Part shown: positions 32,001 to 39,966 of the stretch, in pieces
Layout of the letters: every line of letters starts with the position of its first letter
Numbering within the stretch: the first letter of the stretch is position 1
From: a virus
DNA length: 64,000 bases
Virus record (IMG/VR): IMGVR_UViG_3300023174_000063
Strand: one strand, 5' to 3'
Made by a program: the position numbers and the translations under genes
The notes under the pieces: model-generated
The model's database searches: none
What the model was told of the DNA's origin: nothing
Seen by the model: the letters and a program-made list of their open reading frames with translations, nothing else

Positions 32001-32510
32001 AGCAAGCTATTTGGAACGAAAATTGGCCCAAGAAGTCGCAGCTTCTTTAGCAAAATATTCTTCGGCTCTGGTGAAGGAACATGCAAATTCCCTAAGCTCT
32101 CTTACTGGAAGAATATTGTGCCGGCGTCTAATCAAGGATTTGGTACAAATGATACATTCCCTGCAACTAGAGGCGCTGTCATTAGAGGGTTTAAGTACGG
32201 TTTGTCAAACATCGAGCCAACGAAGACAAGCGCAATTTTCAGGAGAGATAGATTCGGACACTTTAGAGATATTTTGGAACAAAGACTCTTTGTTGTCTCT
32301 AATAAAAATAGAGACGCTTCACTAGATGAAATTCCTGTTACAGTTCAGTTTAGAAAGAGAGACGGTCAAATCCAGCTTGATCCTACTGAAGCCAACGGGT
32401 CGAACTTGAGCCTGTACTGCACGTCTTCGGTTCCATATGATGATGGCAATTACCGTGACAGAGCAACGCCAGGCCCTGACGATAGAGATGATATTCTAGT
32501 TGTACTCTAA
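23055..32510 (+). CDS. Giant multidomain virion/tail protein (3151 aa)
   Basis: Split LamG domain, a phage fibre domain (IRVAT...LILVKDE...KNGIYGV...WSLIRHPDAN), an Asp-box/reelin-like segment and repeated DxxG-xx-F modules. Confidence 0.65.
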   Translation: MSTYKRGRSDKLEINLTSSFIAGGTQYTHHDGSLVASYRFEEPFVVDIDNPDSLKVKDVRGDVELEAVITSGSFSPAEEVDESIVFLPSRTAASTPHAFSRNSMPASNYTDEEKLTTPNETSGFQIRSLNFGQGMSERVELPEAISTSLNDIERESVSQEKDAFSSGASFAFWIKIDGNDALFETVSEGYNVKNPYTARSVFSADRENYFVSDGPLLGDEIDFGRAFSIRVINDPTSSKHRKVSVISTYTLLGEKSQFEWLSKDSLSENVWTHICVVFPFTKKADVIIIDPDVQDYNIAPRVYFDGRNVGVNLQFTDVKNTIDLRVIDASLDSPDFINVYIDTPYKSGIKTSLLRLAKDDTEIFPSASIKVDTDFLTDINHMSTFTIKNDRGEPANFLFDFFHTGSIARYLNENVELESPQMVNAQSLNLATIEIAYDPDSSSFDSAINPANLSYCRITTPNNLTRTYMFDNSLTGSEAIETITPTSWPLTGIRVATAKSLPSNTYLNGVDGVGATITATDDSALSVDDILVSSGNLILVKDEPDGYKNGIYGVTSAGSAGSTWSLIRHPDANSSGSFERGKLTPSISAGSVNQGKKFIHMTQLNVVLGTTPLQFVEAYTGATSYAYTTIKPVVSGGLNPWAQDVSFCIYHKEHDNSYVRFQNAPFAASPVQGPDGQWTYYIDTTGVASLGQYANAILATLFNAAIDDEILDLTVAGLNASNSSPGAQIVAGLVAAGTYTIPLRLNYSGAPARPHPANIPDTRSMTISDESVVERTVITAPAIGVDHVVDFDFSGVPTNGTSFSFINYNSRIETITFVAGSAGPNEISIDTLDAAGAILALEEAINNFTMSGFSATSAANLLTVTCSASFLTARPGDIFFEDGADFFDVAFNGSFGMGNKSNNISAVFNTGSLSFGFDHSQNVFFESLLTPATFYNYSGFPFYDKLRNTINTVCNYKGDLSGTPSPVELVRSGYPVFIFGDGSSQTDTAGAFNSTSVVEGKDFASNRYIRTTQKLKGDAVVRFSCIPAKSQSDFSDKISKKLINPPEGDDKGLCVQVSYDGVTWFGAKRLVSEIRYDNNISYARVNDADQSKLNLVKCTTSTTDANREKIIYDDFTGIDDSDFVWQTHAFYCDSRKIVDDETYFDYYVRIIQEGYDSSYSDNWAIANITIEGTFSHDIRRETPDTITLVKIGDTAEDTWDNFVTGVNEAHLGEITAIRSSQEKTIKLQFNSPIGIIDEGVSGGQILSSSYRTRQKSLDNNAGFAAAFAKQERVKLINFDGGGTSKAHNDHIRIGLKDISDLSSAVYKISTVINSSSMTYALNKSLTSTSKNTYVDIFSEPSVSATTKSHLSNILTVSGEIAANITASDFTDFRFAKSIDISSIPAGPDYNSLVAANIRDTINEYSSSFGVKAWGIGTATDLTEFVTLEHLENNADADNCEVNVFFADNGNDIVETTDQILTNPIEEDLDEPGPNLFSGGMYSKSEPQGDVLDFGKCFLGTSPNDLEYYMASSYPIRGYQNNVLPTDPSTDSEFASKLAGRTPKCLIDDFSIWSRCLLSTEVAAIVAASRGAYEPITGLSSHDPRIQIREQDNFSGIYPTNSRITDEDFTGRFSVFYDSKFEINDETGSSEVEYPYRISNDHPLISYLTTSGHARSTLDVESPMKQFNKINLETLGEIITPYREEGQFAAFGVAIHDDADTNFTNSEKFGIRGGFWSSGSSTQSTGDGRTGPVWAKHKIEIDLKPTQSTKLYKHTTLGSTTAYFNFESNVWEPIGTISSGSYLTDSSAHEDSYAKVRILFSNIEITGSIPNGGAATTWYSSMAVDRREIFHLQDAYGKRVKFCLITDEELEIESTSFRRYGSGLYGILVDSFGFTAPDFCQRIYLALNAAFLIGDLNIKPVYTASNRYVDLIQADFGSEGNTEIYFNSDFVPNNAGAPSKTVSDFVSFFIPETENFNSGTHTLVFVGGDREQIDTASTHGKQSLYTLDASGDSQDNNFRKWMDTLTVGFGPSIGMLAVKSDASDLTILKGDHTLAGKYVFRDSGLATPVTTFGFPFHPKFHATSSQTFNVTDVIDRPFVVEKIVYQFRADLFESASIQCASYGSTSSFTDPAFINMPTPTFFILNQRKCVLPNAIENDINLLSLFDANAEANTSFNYSATIPSSFYLTSMSSDSGNVTHVDTLRDLVTFARFSSVPGAFNSSDFENFVPDARENIDLVIVPSDSAEANDDKQLLQSNEPAASFTIAAPVRAPRRNTSAAAFKTEGDFFGSDKSVYTFEVNEIESPIKPYSDGIILEDSAGTIRRFIFSNGSAAKFEMPGAAPGLVNKADLLAGPECFVLIDSAGKVVTFTFKNDLICNEPVKNDATEYFVGIKDLPLSSSDPSYIQKLYETIAASVNLAYLNEDLDIFAVVDAVVDILTSVTTYFITFYQGTVGNDGNTEIQWLADTYNFTGGSSPTESSIVYKSFGNSFDLGYESVWIIPVFKNASSPGGAEYYASRFYDALSIANETLPERGGFACPFELQLTGSSPTSNFTFSQCIGGRRGYKNIAGTQGVESFKDLYFASLFTTWYTDYASIECTTGSIQADTLKLGWAGNRTGIDVLLSGRSPFGGENSSADFVYTLKDGTQTCTINHVDSDSIESPYLLMPGDKLVFGWQSPIATGSHLQHLPLEAVTPDSGSFEILPGAGKITIYGAVLQGGDEKNRVTSNQPLTSEALHESIFGDADVFDIFDTDPYVFHADNYLDQHVDGEISLSSNPPVYTRRVISKATDGNHAVGPKNGTYPIFSKRASFFRGRRLVDESEVFYDSMLPNVSELMSRDSVVPLSPASGSEFDSVARTGVVILSHPYLESSEDDNDLSNSAWKLWMSSFPFESRYEGITRTQGFDTGIIGNASFGSIDAGRQRITHVWLANSSKFLKGYHDDDADQSYYANMLYNIEAPRLYTQSTSLTIGGKAQPYNLNFSIITNEEGEGSPGEELTNIDFDSKLFGTKIGPRSRSFFSKIFFGSGEGTCKFPKLSYWKNIVPASNQGFGTNDTFPATRGAVIRGFKYGLSNIEPTKTSAIFRRDRFGHFRDILEQRLFVVSNKNRDASLDEIPVTVQFRKRDGQIQLDPTEANGSNLSLYCTSSVPYDDGNYRDRATPGPDDRDDILVVL

Positions 32511-32530
32511 GAATATTATGACACAGTGCA

Positions 32531-32537
32531 ATATTTA
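32531..32537 (+). promoter_or_regulatory. Candidate late promoter ATAnTTA
   Basis: ATATTTA followed by GAGAGG SD and the GTG start at 32556. Confidence 0.45.
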
Positions 32538-32555
32538 GACAACTGAGAGGTCTAT

Positions 32556-35500
32556 GTGTCACAAAATAACAAGAAATTAACGCTAACTGAGCTTAAAAAG
32601 AGCGAGCAAATTGTTGTGCGCTCAGGTAGCAATAATTTTATTGACAAATTAATCTTCCCTAATCCAGTGACAATTGGGCTCGGAGGAGATCTTAAAAGCC
32701 TTTTGACGACCGAGGGCGGCATTAAAATTAACCCAGCCGTCCCTATTGATGTGACTAATACCCTTTATAGCAGCAATGGCGAACTTTTTTTCAATGGTTC
32801 TCCTTTGGTTAACGGTGGTAAAAATAGTAATTTTCTTTTTGACTCAAATAGTAAAACTCTTCGACTTACAGGAAGCTTGGACGCAGGTAGCACAGGAAAT
32901 ATTATTAGCAAAGCTTTGACAGGCTCACTTACAACACTGCTAGATGGATCACAATTTATAAAATCAGGCGCTGGCATTAGCGTTTCTACTGGCACAAATG
33001 GGCAGATAACAATTAGCGCGCTAGTTCAAGATACAGGCATTAGGGCATCAATTGTTGCAACTACAGTCGGCAATGTTGCAAATTCCCTGCATGAAAAAGA
33101 AATTAATTTTACTGATGCAGACGGTAGAAATGTCACATTTACCTATGATAAAAATGTTGATGTCGGAAGTCCTGCAAGGAATTCTGCAATTTCTTACACG
33201 ATTGGATGTAAAAGTGTCGCTAACGATACAACGCATGCAGCGGGTCTCGAAAACGCACTAAATCTAGCTTCAGACAATAATGATCTTGGATTAAATGTCG
33301 CAAGATCAGACAATGTTCTTACCATTACGCAACAAAAAGGCGGTGAGACAGGAAATACAGAGGTGAATGGCACAGCCATTGAAACAAGCTTAGTGTTACT
33401 TAGCAACGCAAATTTCTTTTCCGGAGGATCTGCACTGCTTTCGTCAGTTAACGCTAACTATTTGACAACGTCGCCCTCCGGAGACTTAAACAATGAGAGG
33501 GTTTTAGCGACAGGCGTAGGACTAACATCGGTTGATGCTGGGCCAAATTCTTCTTTTACGCTCTCAATTGATACCAATGTTGTGCCTAGAAAGGGCGTCG
33601 ACAATGTTTTCGCCGGAACGCAAACATTTTCAGGCGAAATTAAAGCAAAACATCACAAACTGCCCAATGGCAGCGACGCATTTGTTGCAGGCAAAAATAT
33701 AGTAATAACCAAAAACGAAAATGGTTCACTTACTTTTTCATCTGTCGATAGCGACACAAAGTATACAGCGGGCGAAGGACTTAAGCTTTTAGGAAATCAG
33801 TTTGCAGTCAAGACAGGCAACGGGTTGTCAATTGTCGGCGGCCAACTCGCAATTAATTTGTCTTCGATGATTGGAAGCTTTTTGTCAATTGACGCATCTG
33901 GAAAGCTTAAAGTTAATGTCACATCAGGCAGAGGGCTCTCCGGAGATGAAAATTCTCTTTTTGTTAACACGTCAGACTTTGCCGGTGAGGGTCTTGTCTC
34001 TAGCGATGGTGATCTTCAAGTAGATCAAAGTAAGATAGCATTCTTAGCAGGGTCAACGTTTACAGGCGATGTAAAATTCAATGCAGGACTCAGCGGCTCT
34101 CTAACAAATCTGGCAAGCGGAGAAAGCTATCTAATCGCAGGTGACAATGTCACCATCGTAACCCAGTCAAGTGGTCAAATCGCTATATCATCTAGTTATG
34201 TTGACACAACATATTTACCCGGACCAGGCCTTGAACTGTCTGGGACATTGTTTAGCGTAGCCCTTAAGGAATATGGTGGTCTCACTTTCGATGACACAGA
34301 AGTCATCCTGGACAAACAGGCAGTTATTGGAAACGGCCTCAAGGAAGGCACAGAAAAAATTATTGATGTTGATGAGTCAGTTGTTGCATTTTTGGATGGA
34401 GCAACATTTACTGGAAATGTCGATTTTGCAGGAGGTCTGAGAGGTTCGTTGACAAAGCTAGTTGATGGTACGGACTTTATTGTCGCTGGTGATAATGTTC
34501 AGGTTGTAGAACTAGAAAGCGGCGCAATTGAAATTTCAGCATCATCGACAGGTATCACTAGCCCAGCGGGTAACTCAGATGAAATTCAAATTAATTTTGA
34601 AGGCAACTTTGCCGCATTTGAAGATTTTCGCTACGACAGTGCTGAAAAAGCGTTATGTGTAACAAACATTAATTGTACAAGCCTAACAGGCTCCTTGACG
34701 CGTCTACAAGACGGTACAGCTTTTATTAGCGCAGGCACAAACATTACGATTACGACAGGCACCAGCGGTCAAATAGTCATTTCAGGCGCTCCAACTACTC
34801 TAGTCGCTGCAAGGAGTAGGTTTGTTCAAATAGTTGACACTCTCCAGCCAGCAAATACTCCATTCGAGATTGATGGCGCCGACTTTAGCTTACCTACATT
34901 TTCCAAAAATCTTATTGACATAAATCTTAATGGTTCACTTCTCTACTCCGGAACTGCAGAACAGTGCAGCTCTGGAACGGCTGATTATAGCATCTATGAT
35001 TCAAATAAATTAATTTTTTCATTTGAACTCGTCCCAGATGACGTAATTCAAGCAACAATGCTCACATCTGGATCTGATACGTTGACACTTTTGCCGGGAG
35101 GCATCACAGGGCCACAGAACTCTATACAGTTTAATGATTCCGGAAATTTTGGAGGAGACTCTGATTTTGTTTACAATTCTTCGAGCAAGACACTCACAGT
35201 CCCAAATCTGTCAGGGTCGTTGACAAACTTGTCAACTGGTGAATCTTTTATTACGACAAGTGGGTCAATTATTAGCATTGTCACTGAGTCTAATGGGAGC
35301 TTGACTCTATCTGATTCATTTGCCACAGTTCCAGTAATTGTTTATGAAAGTGAATCTGCTGTTGGATCTGCAAAATTTTTAAATGTTGAGTCTCCTCTAG
35401 TTCTTACTTCAACAGAAAATTCAATAGACCTTGCTGTTCAACGAGAAAAAGTTGTCTTCGAAATTGTTTCTAGCCACCCTTCTAATGAGTCAATCTCAAT

Positions 35501-35678
35501 ACCTGGCGCAAATTTTTCATATGCAAATTTTGAAAACAAGAGAATTGATATCTTTGTTAATGGTCAGTTGCTTGTTTCAGGTTCAAGCAAAGATTATGTA
35601 TTGGATGGCTCTGATGATGGCATCATTGTGTCCTTTGATTTATATGCAAATGACACGATTGTAGCTATTATTCAATAA
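32556..35678 (+). CDS. Tail-fibre-like repeat protein
   Basis: Six L[ST]GSLTxLxxG...AGxNxxI...GQIxIS repeats, YTAGEGLKL fibre-shaft repeats and a duplicated C-terminal beta domain. Confidence 0.7.
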   Translation: MSQNNKKLTLTELKKSEQIVVRSGSNNFIDKLIFPNPVTIGLGGDLKSLLTTEGGIKINPAVPIDVTNTLYSSNGELFFNGSPLVNGGKNSNFLFDSNSKTLRLTGSLDAGSTGNIISKALTGSLTTLLDGSQFIKSGAGISVSTGTNGQITISALVQDTGIRASIVATTVGNVANSLHEKEINFTDADGRNVTFTYDKNVDVGSPARNSAISYTIGCKSVANDTTHAAGLENALNLASDNNDLGLNVARSDNVLTITQQKGGETGNTEVNGTAIETSLVLLSNANFFSGGSALLSSVNANYLTTSPSGDLNNERVLATGVGLTSVDAGPNSSFTLSIDTNVVPRKGVDNVFAGTQTFSGEIKAKHHKLPNGSDAFVAGKNIVITKNENGSLTFSSVDSDTKYTAGEGLKLLGNQFAVKTGNGLSIVGGQLAINLSSMIGSFLSIDASGKLKVNVTSGRGLSGDENSLFVNTSDFAGEGLVSSDGDLQVDQSKIAFLAGSTFTGDVKFNAGLSGSLTNLASGESYLIAGDNVTIVTQSSGQIAISSSYVDTTYLPGPGLELSGTLFSVALKEYGGLTFDDTEVILDKQAVIGNGLKEGTEKIIDVDESVVAFLDGATFTGNVDFAGGLRGSLTKLVDGTDFIVAGDNVQVVELESGAIEISASSTGITSPAGNSDEIQINFEGNFAAFEDFRYDSAEKALCVTNINCTSLTGSLTRLQDGTAFISAGTNITITTGTSGQIVISGAPTTLVAARSRFVQIVDTLQPANTPFEIDGADFSLPTFSKNLIDINLNGSLLYSGTAEQCSSGTADYSIYDSNKLIFSFELVPDDVIQATMLTSGSDTLTLLPGGITGPQNSIQFNDSGNFGGDSDFVYNSSSKTLTVPNLSGSLTNLSTGESFITTSGSIISIVTESNGSLTLSDSFATVPVIVYESESAVGSAKFLNVESPLVLTSTENSIDLAVQREKVVFEIVSSHPSNESISIPGANFSYANFENKRIDIFVNGQLLVSGSSKDYVLDGSDDGIIVSFDLYANDTIVAIIQ

Positions 35679-35751
35679 AAGCATGCTACTAAAAAGACCT
35701 AATAGCATAATTAAATCTTGACACCTGCTTTAGATTTCACGAGGTTTTATT

Positions 35752-35985
35752 ATGTCAAAAGACTTGAGTTCTGGTTCTGTCTATGAAACATCTGACATTG
35801 CCATTGCTGCTTACTTGATGCTTAGATCGCTCACAATGATTAGCGCTTTAAAGCCGGCAAGAGGACCTTATCAATTCGTATTTAGCGACCCAGACAATAT
35901 TGCTAGAAAACTAGCATTTGAATTTGCGTCAAGTGATTTTTGTAAATTTGACGCGCATTTGAAATATTTACGTCGGCTGCAGTGA
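35752..35985 (+). CDS. Small protein resembling DUF5659
   Basis: YETSDIAIAAYL...YQFVFSD pattern; GAGG SD; ATAATTA at 35707. Confidence 0.55.
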   Translation: MSKDLSSGSVYETSDIAIAAYLMLRSLTMISALKPARGPYQFVFSDPDNIARKLAFEFASSDFCKFDAHLKYLRRLQ

Positions 35986-36017
35986 GTCTGTACAGTTAGC
36001 TAGATTGAGGTGTCTCG

Positions 36018-36968
36018 GTGGCTGGAATATTAGATAGCAAACAGAGAATCATGGACGTCTTGGTGACAGCAGAGGGCCGAGCGCAAGCTGCAGCCGGAGA
36101 ATTTTCTATAAAATTTGCATCTTTTACCGACCGACACGCTTTCTACGAAACAGATGCACCGTCTAGCGATAAATTGATTGCAAATGACGCTTCGAGTCGA
36201 ATTTATTTTGAATGCGCTAGTCGACACCAAGATCAAATTATTATTGAAACAATTGACGGTGGTGCAATCAAGCCATTTAGATCAACCGATTTTGATTTAT
36301 CGACACCACAAGCTGCGCGTTTTTTTGATAATGTTACATCTACATTTGTTTCGAGCAGCAATTTCATTACTAGTTCTGATGCCATCATTAACACTATCAT
36401 GGACAGTTTTAACGAACAGCAAATAATCGGCACAAACGACCCATTTTCAGATTCGACAGACTTTATAATTGATCCAGAAAAGATTGCATTTGAAATTAAC
36501 GAGAGACAACCTTTTAACACCACAAGACCAGATGCAATTTTAGAGCTACCATTGGAAAATATTGAAAGCATCTTCCAAGATAAGCGCTTCTCTCACTTGC
36601 CGAACTTCGTTTATCTCCCGCCAAGAAATAAGCCTAGATTGGGACAGCAAAGAGGTGGGCTTATGGGAAATTATGTCAATTGGAATCAAAGGGCGCCCAC
36701 TACGCTACAAGAACTGATGCAAGATTTACAGGGCAAAGAGTACAGAGACGTAGAATTTATCGATACATCGAGAGACAACAATCTCGTAATTCAGCCTTTC
36801 GAATTTACTGAAAGTGAAGTCAAAAAATTGTGCGTTGTTGATTTTGGAGAATTTCCAGGCGACAACTCAGATTCACTAGGAAAAAGAGTTTTTTTTGTCG
36901 GGAAGCTATATAAAGACAGTAATGGCTTTTCAACTTTTGTCAATATTTTTACTGTTGTGATGGAATAA
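36018..36968 (+). CDS. Virion structural protein, N-terminally paralogous to 45835
   Basis: MAGILDSKQRIMDVLVTAEGRAQAA versus MGFLDHSTNNIIVDAVLTDRGRELLA. Confidence 0.6.
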   Translation: MAGILDSKQRIMDVLVTAEGRAQAAAGEFSIKFASFTDRHAFYETDAPSSDKLIANDASSRIYFECASRHQDQIIIETIDGGAIKPFRSTDFDLSTPQAARFFDNVTSTFVSSSNFITSSDAIINTIMDSFNEQQIIGTNDPFSDSTDFIIDPEKIAFEINERQPFNTTRPDAILELPLENIESIFQDKRFSHLPNFVYLPPRNKPRLGQQRGGLMGNYVNWNQRAPTTLQELMQDLQGKEYRDVEFIDTSRDNNLVIQPFEFTESEVKKLCVVDFGEFPGDNSDSLGKRVFFVGKLYKDSNGFSTFVNIFTVVME

Positions 36969-36969
36969 A

Positions 36970-39951
36970 ATGGCATTTAGAAGACAAGAAGAAAAAACTT
37001 ATAAGCTTGAGGATTTGTTTCTCATCGACGACGAGCGTGGATTTGCTGTAATTGACAACATTGTAATAAATCAAAATTCTGTACTAGATGAAGATCCTGC
37101 CAGAAAAAACAAATCACCACTCGAATCTAATGGTGATTTTCATTATGAACTTAAGTTTTTTGTTCACGTTGAAAAATGCGCCGAGCTGGCGATTGATACA
37201 GCTGTTGTTAATGTCTACACTGCTCCGCCGCCTGTCTTTATAAATCGATTTGCTGTGATACCAAAAAATCCTGAGGCCCAAGTTAGAGATGTTATTGCCA
37301 AGAAGCAAAAAAATACGACTGCAATATCACCCGTCAATCAATTCGCTCAGGGCGCATTAAATAATCTTATTGAGACATCTACGATAAGACTTGGAATTAT
37401 TCCAAAAGAAACGAATCAAAATAGAGTTAGTCCTACAGGCCTCGTTAAAGAACCGCCACTTAGCTCTTCTAGAGCTAATCCTCCTGCAGGTGGAAGGACA
37501 CCATTGGTACAGACGTATCGAATGCATGTTGCTAATCCAAGCTCTTCTAGAGAGTTAGCAAACTCAAGCCTTGATGTCGTGAGTGTCCAGGGAAAATCAA
37601 CATCAGGTTTTTCAAATTCAACAGTTAAAAAGATTCTCCAAATTGATGAAGGTACAAATCAAGAAATAGGAGCGAGGTCTGAAAGGGCTGGTGCGGCTGC
37701 TGTAGGAATGAGTTTGATGAAAAATGCAATACACCCTGCAGAAGTTATCGAAGCCTTCTATCCAGGTGAAGCGAGAGAAGATGTTTCGAGCTATGGTCCT
37801 TCATCAACTGGTACAAGAGACAGTTTGACAAATATTAGAGAGCCTATCAAGCAATTTGTGCCGACTGTCTTAAACTTAGGGATTGAAAATAGAAGAGGAA
37901 CTTTTAGAGACCCTATTGCTTACAGCAGAAACACACAAGAAGACAGCACTGACTTTTTAAATCTCAAAGGGCAAGCAGGAAAAGACGTTGCAGACTTATG
38001 TAAAATAACTGTCAATAAAAGAAATAATATTCAAGACAAAAACGTCCTATTGACAGAATTTAGTTCTAAATATTTGACAGTTTTTAAAACAATTACAGTC
38101 GATATTCAAAAGGCTGCTACTAGACCTAAGCTCTATTTTGAGATCTTACTGCTACAAAAAGACAAAAGAGAGACAGATTTTCGTAAGGTTTTCTTTGTTG
38201 ATCATGCACGACAGGTTGAAGAATTTACAGTGCCTGACATAAGGCCTCGACTCGTCTGCGTCAATCAAAGCTTTGGAAAAAATGCTATTTCTGTAAAGCA
38301 ACTCGATCCATTCGCGACATCAATAATAGTCGAAAAGAGAACTGTGCACCCATACGATGCTTTTCCAGCACCATTTACGGTTGTTAAAACAGTCAATCTT
38401 ACATCGAAAGATGCAGCAGAAATTATTCAAATTCCAGAGCAGAACATGCACCCTAATGTTTGCATTTATCGTGCTGTCGCTGTAGGCCCGCTGGGCCAAA
38501 GAGGAAATAATTTTGCAGTAAAAACAGTCAAGGGCTTGTCTCCTCCTACAGGTGTACGACTCGATCCTGTTAAAATACCAAACGCTTTTTTTGCAAAAAG
38601 TCTGCCTGATGGTATTGTTTTAACACTCTCAAACTACCCAGCAGATGCTAATTCTTTTTTTGTCAACAAGATAGCACTCAATTCACCTGATTCAATCAAT
38701 AACACACCAGAACCTGTTGCAATTGATAGCAATGGCACATCTCTTAAATCTCTTAGAAGCAAGAGCAGTCCAATTACAATATTTGACAAGAATGTTCAAG
38801 ATGGCAGAATGTACTTCTACGAATGCAACATCAAAATGCCATATGGAAATATTATTTCTTGTCCCAAGATTAATCTTAAGTACGTCAAGCCACTTCGTAA
38901 GATTCCTTTTGAATTTAACATTAAAAATATTGTTATTGAATCGAGCAGTGCAATTGTAAGCGATGTTGCAAATATTAACAACTCCGAAGACACACGAAGC
39001 ATTTCATTTGAAATCGAAACAATTCCTACAGAAAATGGCATTGAAGAAATAATCCAGCTTTTAATCGAGAATGGTGTCGACGACGTTTTTACAGACGCGC
39101 TTAGAAGAGATAGATCTAGAATCTCAGGAATCGTTTTTTATGAAATTACTAGAATTAATTTAAAGCGTGGGCTTAGAGAAAGTTTTGGAATATTAAGAGG
39201 CAGTAAGTTCTTAGATACACCAGATGTTAGACGACGCCTAGGGATTAGCAAGATTGAGAGAGACGATAGATTTCAATATTTAATTAGCATGCACCTTTTG
39301 AGCCCAGAGTCGCTATTTAGAGGCGCTACAACTCAGACTGGTGATCGGTCTTCGACAGACTTGCGCAAGAATGAAGCTTCTGCGAAATTTCTTTCTCAAA
39401 AATTTGCTAGACTTTACACTAAGTCCAATAGCCTTCCAAGTGAACAAGATCTTCTTGATACAACACCTGCGAAGCTTAGAAAACAGATTAGACAAGGAGA
39501 GACGGGGTACACACAGACAATTGATGTACAAATGCCGCCCTCGCCTCTCTCTGTAGGCAATGTAAATGTGACAAAAACTGCGCTGGGTCACAATGAAATC
39601 TCATGGAGCTTATTGCAGGGAGATAAGAGCTTAATTGATCATTATGTAATTTATGCGTCTACGCAAGAAATTATGCAGCCTATTGGGACAGTCGCACCGA
39701 GTGACTCTCAAACCGAGAGATTTTTTGATCGAAGACTTTGTAGCACTGTCGGCACAGTCACTTATCATGTCGAGATTGTGACGCTTGATTTTACAAGAAT
39801 ATTAAATAGCGAAATCACTAACATCACGAAAACACAGACGCTACCTAAAGAATTAGTCGATAAGCTTGTGTCTGACAAGGGTCGAGTGCTAGCACAATCA
39901 CAAGACTCTCTTGAAAATTTTCAATCGATCATTCGATCAAAATTAATGTAA
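36970..39951 (+). CDS. Large hypothetical protein with FN3/Ig-like segments
   Basis: IFDKNVQDGRMYFYEC and NEISWS...DHYVIYA...VTYHVEIV. Confidence 0.55.
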   Translation: MAFRRQEEKTYKLEDLFLIDDERGFAVIDNIVINQNSVLDEDPARKNKSPLESNGDFHYELKFFVHVEKCAELAIDTAVVNVYTAPPPVFINRFAVIPKNPEAQVRDVIAKKQKNTTAISPVNQFAQGALNNLIETSTIRLGIIPKETNQNRVSPTGLVKEPPLSSSRANPPAGGRTPLVQTYRMHVANPSSSRELANSSLDVVSVQGKSTSGFSNSTVKKILQIDEGTNQEIGARSERAGAAAVGMSLMKNAIHPAEVIEAFYPGEAREDVSSYGPSSTGTRDSLTNIREPIKQFVPTVLNLGIENRRGTFRDPIAYSRNTQEDSTDFLNLKGQAGKDVADLCKITVNKRNNIQDKNVLLTEFSSKYLTVFKTITVDIQKAATRPKLYFEILLLQKDKRETDFRKVFFVDHARQVEEFTVPDIRPRLVCVNQSFGKNAISVKQLDPFATSIIVEKRTVHPYDAFPAPFTVVKTVNLTSKDAAEIIQIPEQNMHPNVCIYRAVAVGPLGQRGNNFAVKTVKGLSPPTGVRLDPVKIPNAFFAKSLPDGIVLTLSNYPADANSFFVNKIALNSPDSINNTPEPVAIDSNGTSLKSLRSKSSPITIFDKNVQDGRMYFYECNIKMPYGNIISCPKINLKYVKPLRKIPFEFNIKNIVIESSSAIVSDVANINNSEDTRSISFEIETIPTENGIEEIIQLLIENGVDDVFTDALRRDRSRISGIVFYEITRINLKRGLRESFGILRGSKFLDTPDVRRRLGISKIERDDRFQYLISMHLLSPESLFRGATTQTGDRSSTDLRKNEASAKFLSQKFARLYTKSNSLPSEQDLLDTTPAKLRKQIRQGETGYTQTIDVQMPPSPLSVGNVNVTKTALGHNEISWSLLQGDKSLIDHYVIYASTQEIMQPIGTVAPSDSQTERFFDRRLCSTVGTVTYHVEIVTLDFTRILNSEITNITKTQTLPKELVDKLVSDKGRVLAQSQDSLENFQSIIRSKLM

Positions 39952-39966
39952 TTTGGAGCACGAAAG

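Noticed and set aside
6008-35727. ACACCTG in three intergenic gaps (6008, 14519, 35721)
   Set aside because: Short motif found post hoc, at inconsistent distances from starts; cannot be told apart from chance.
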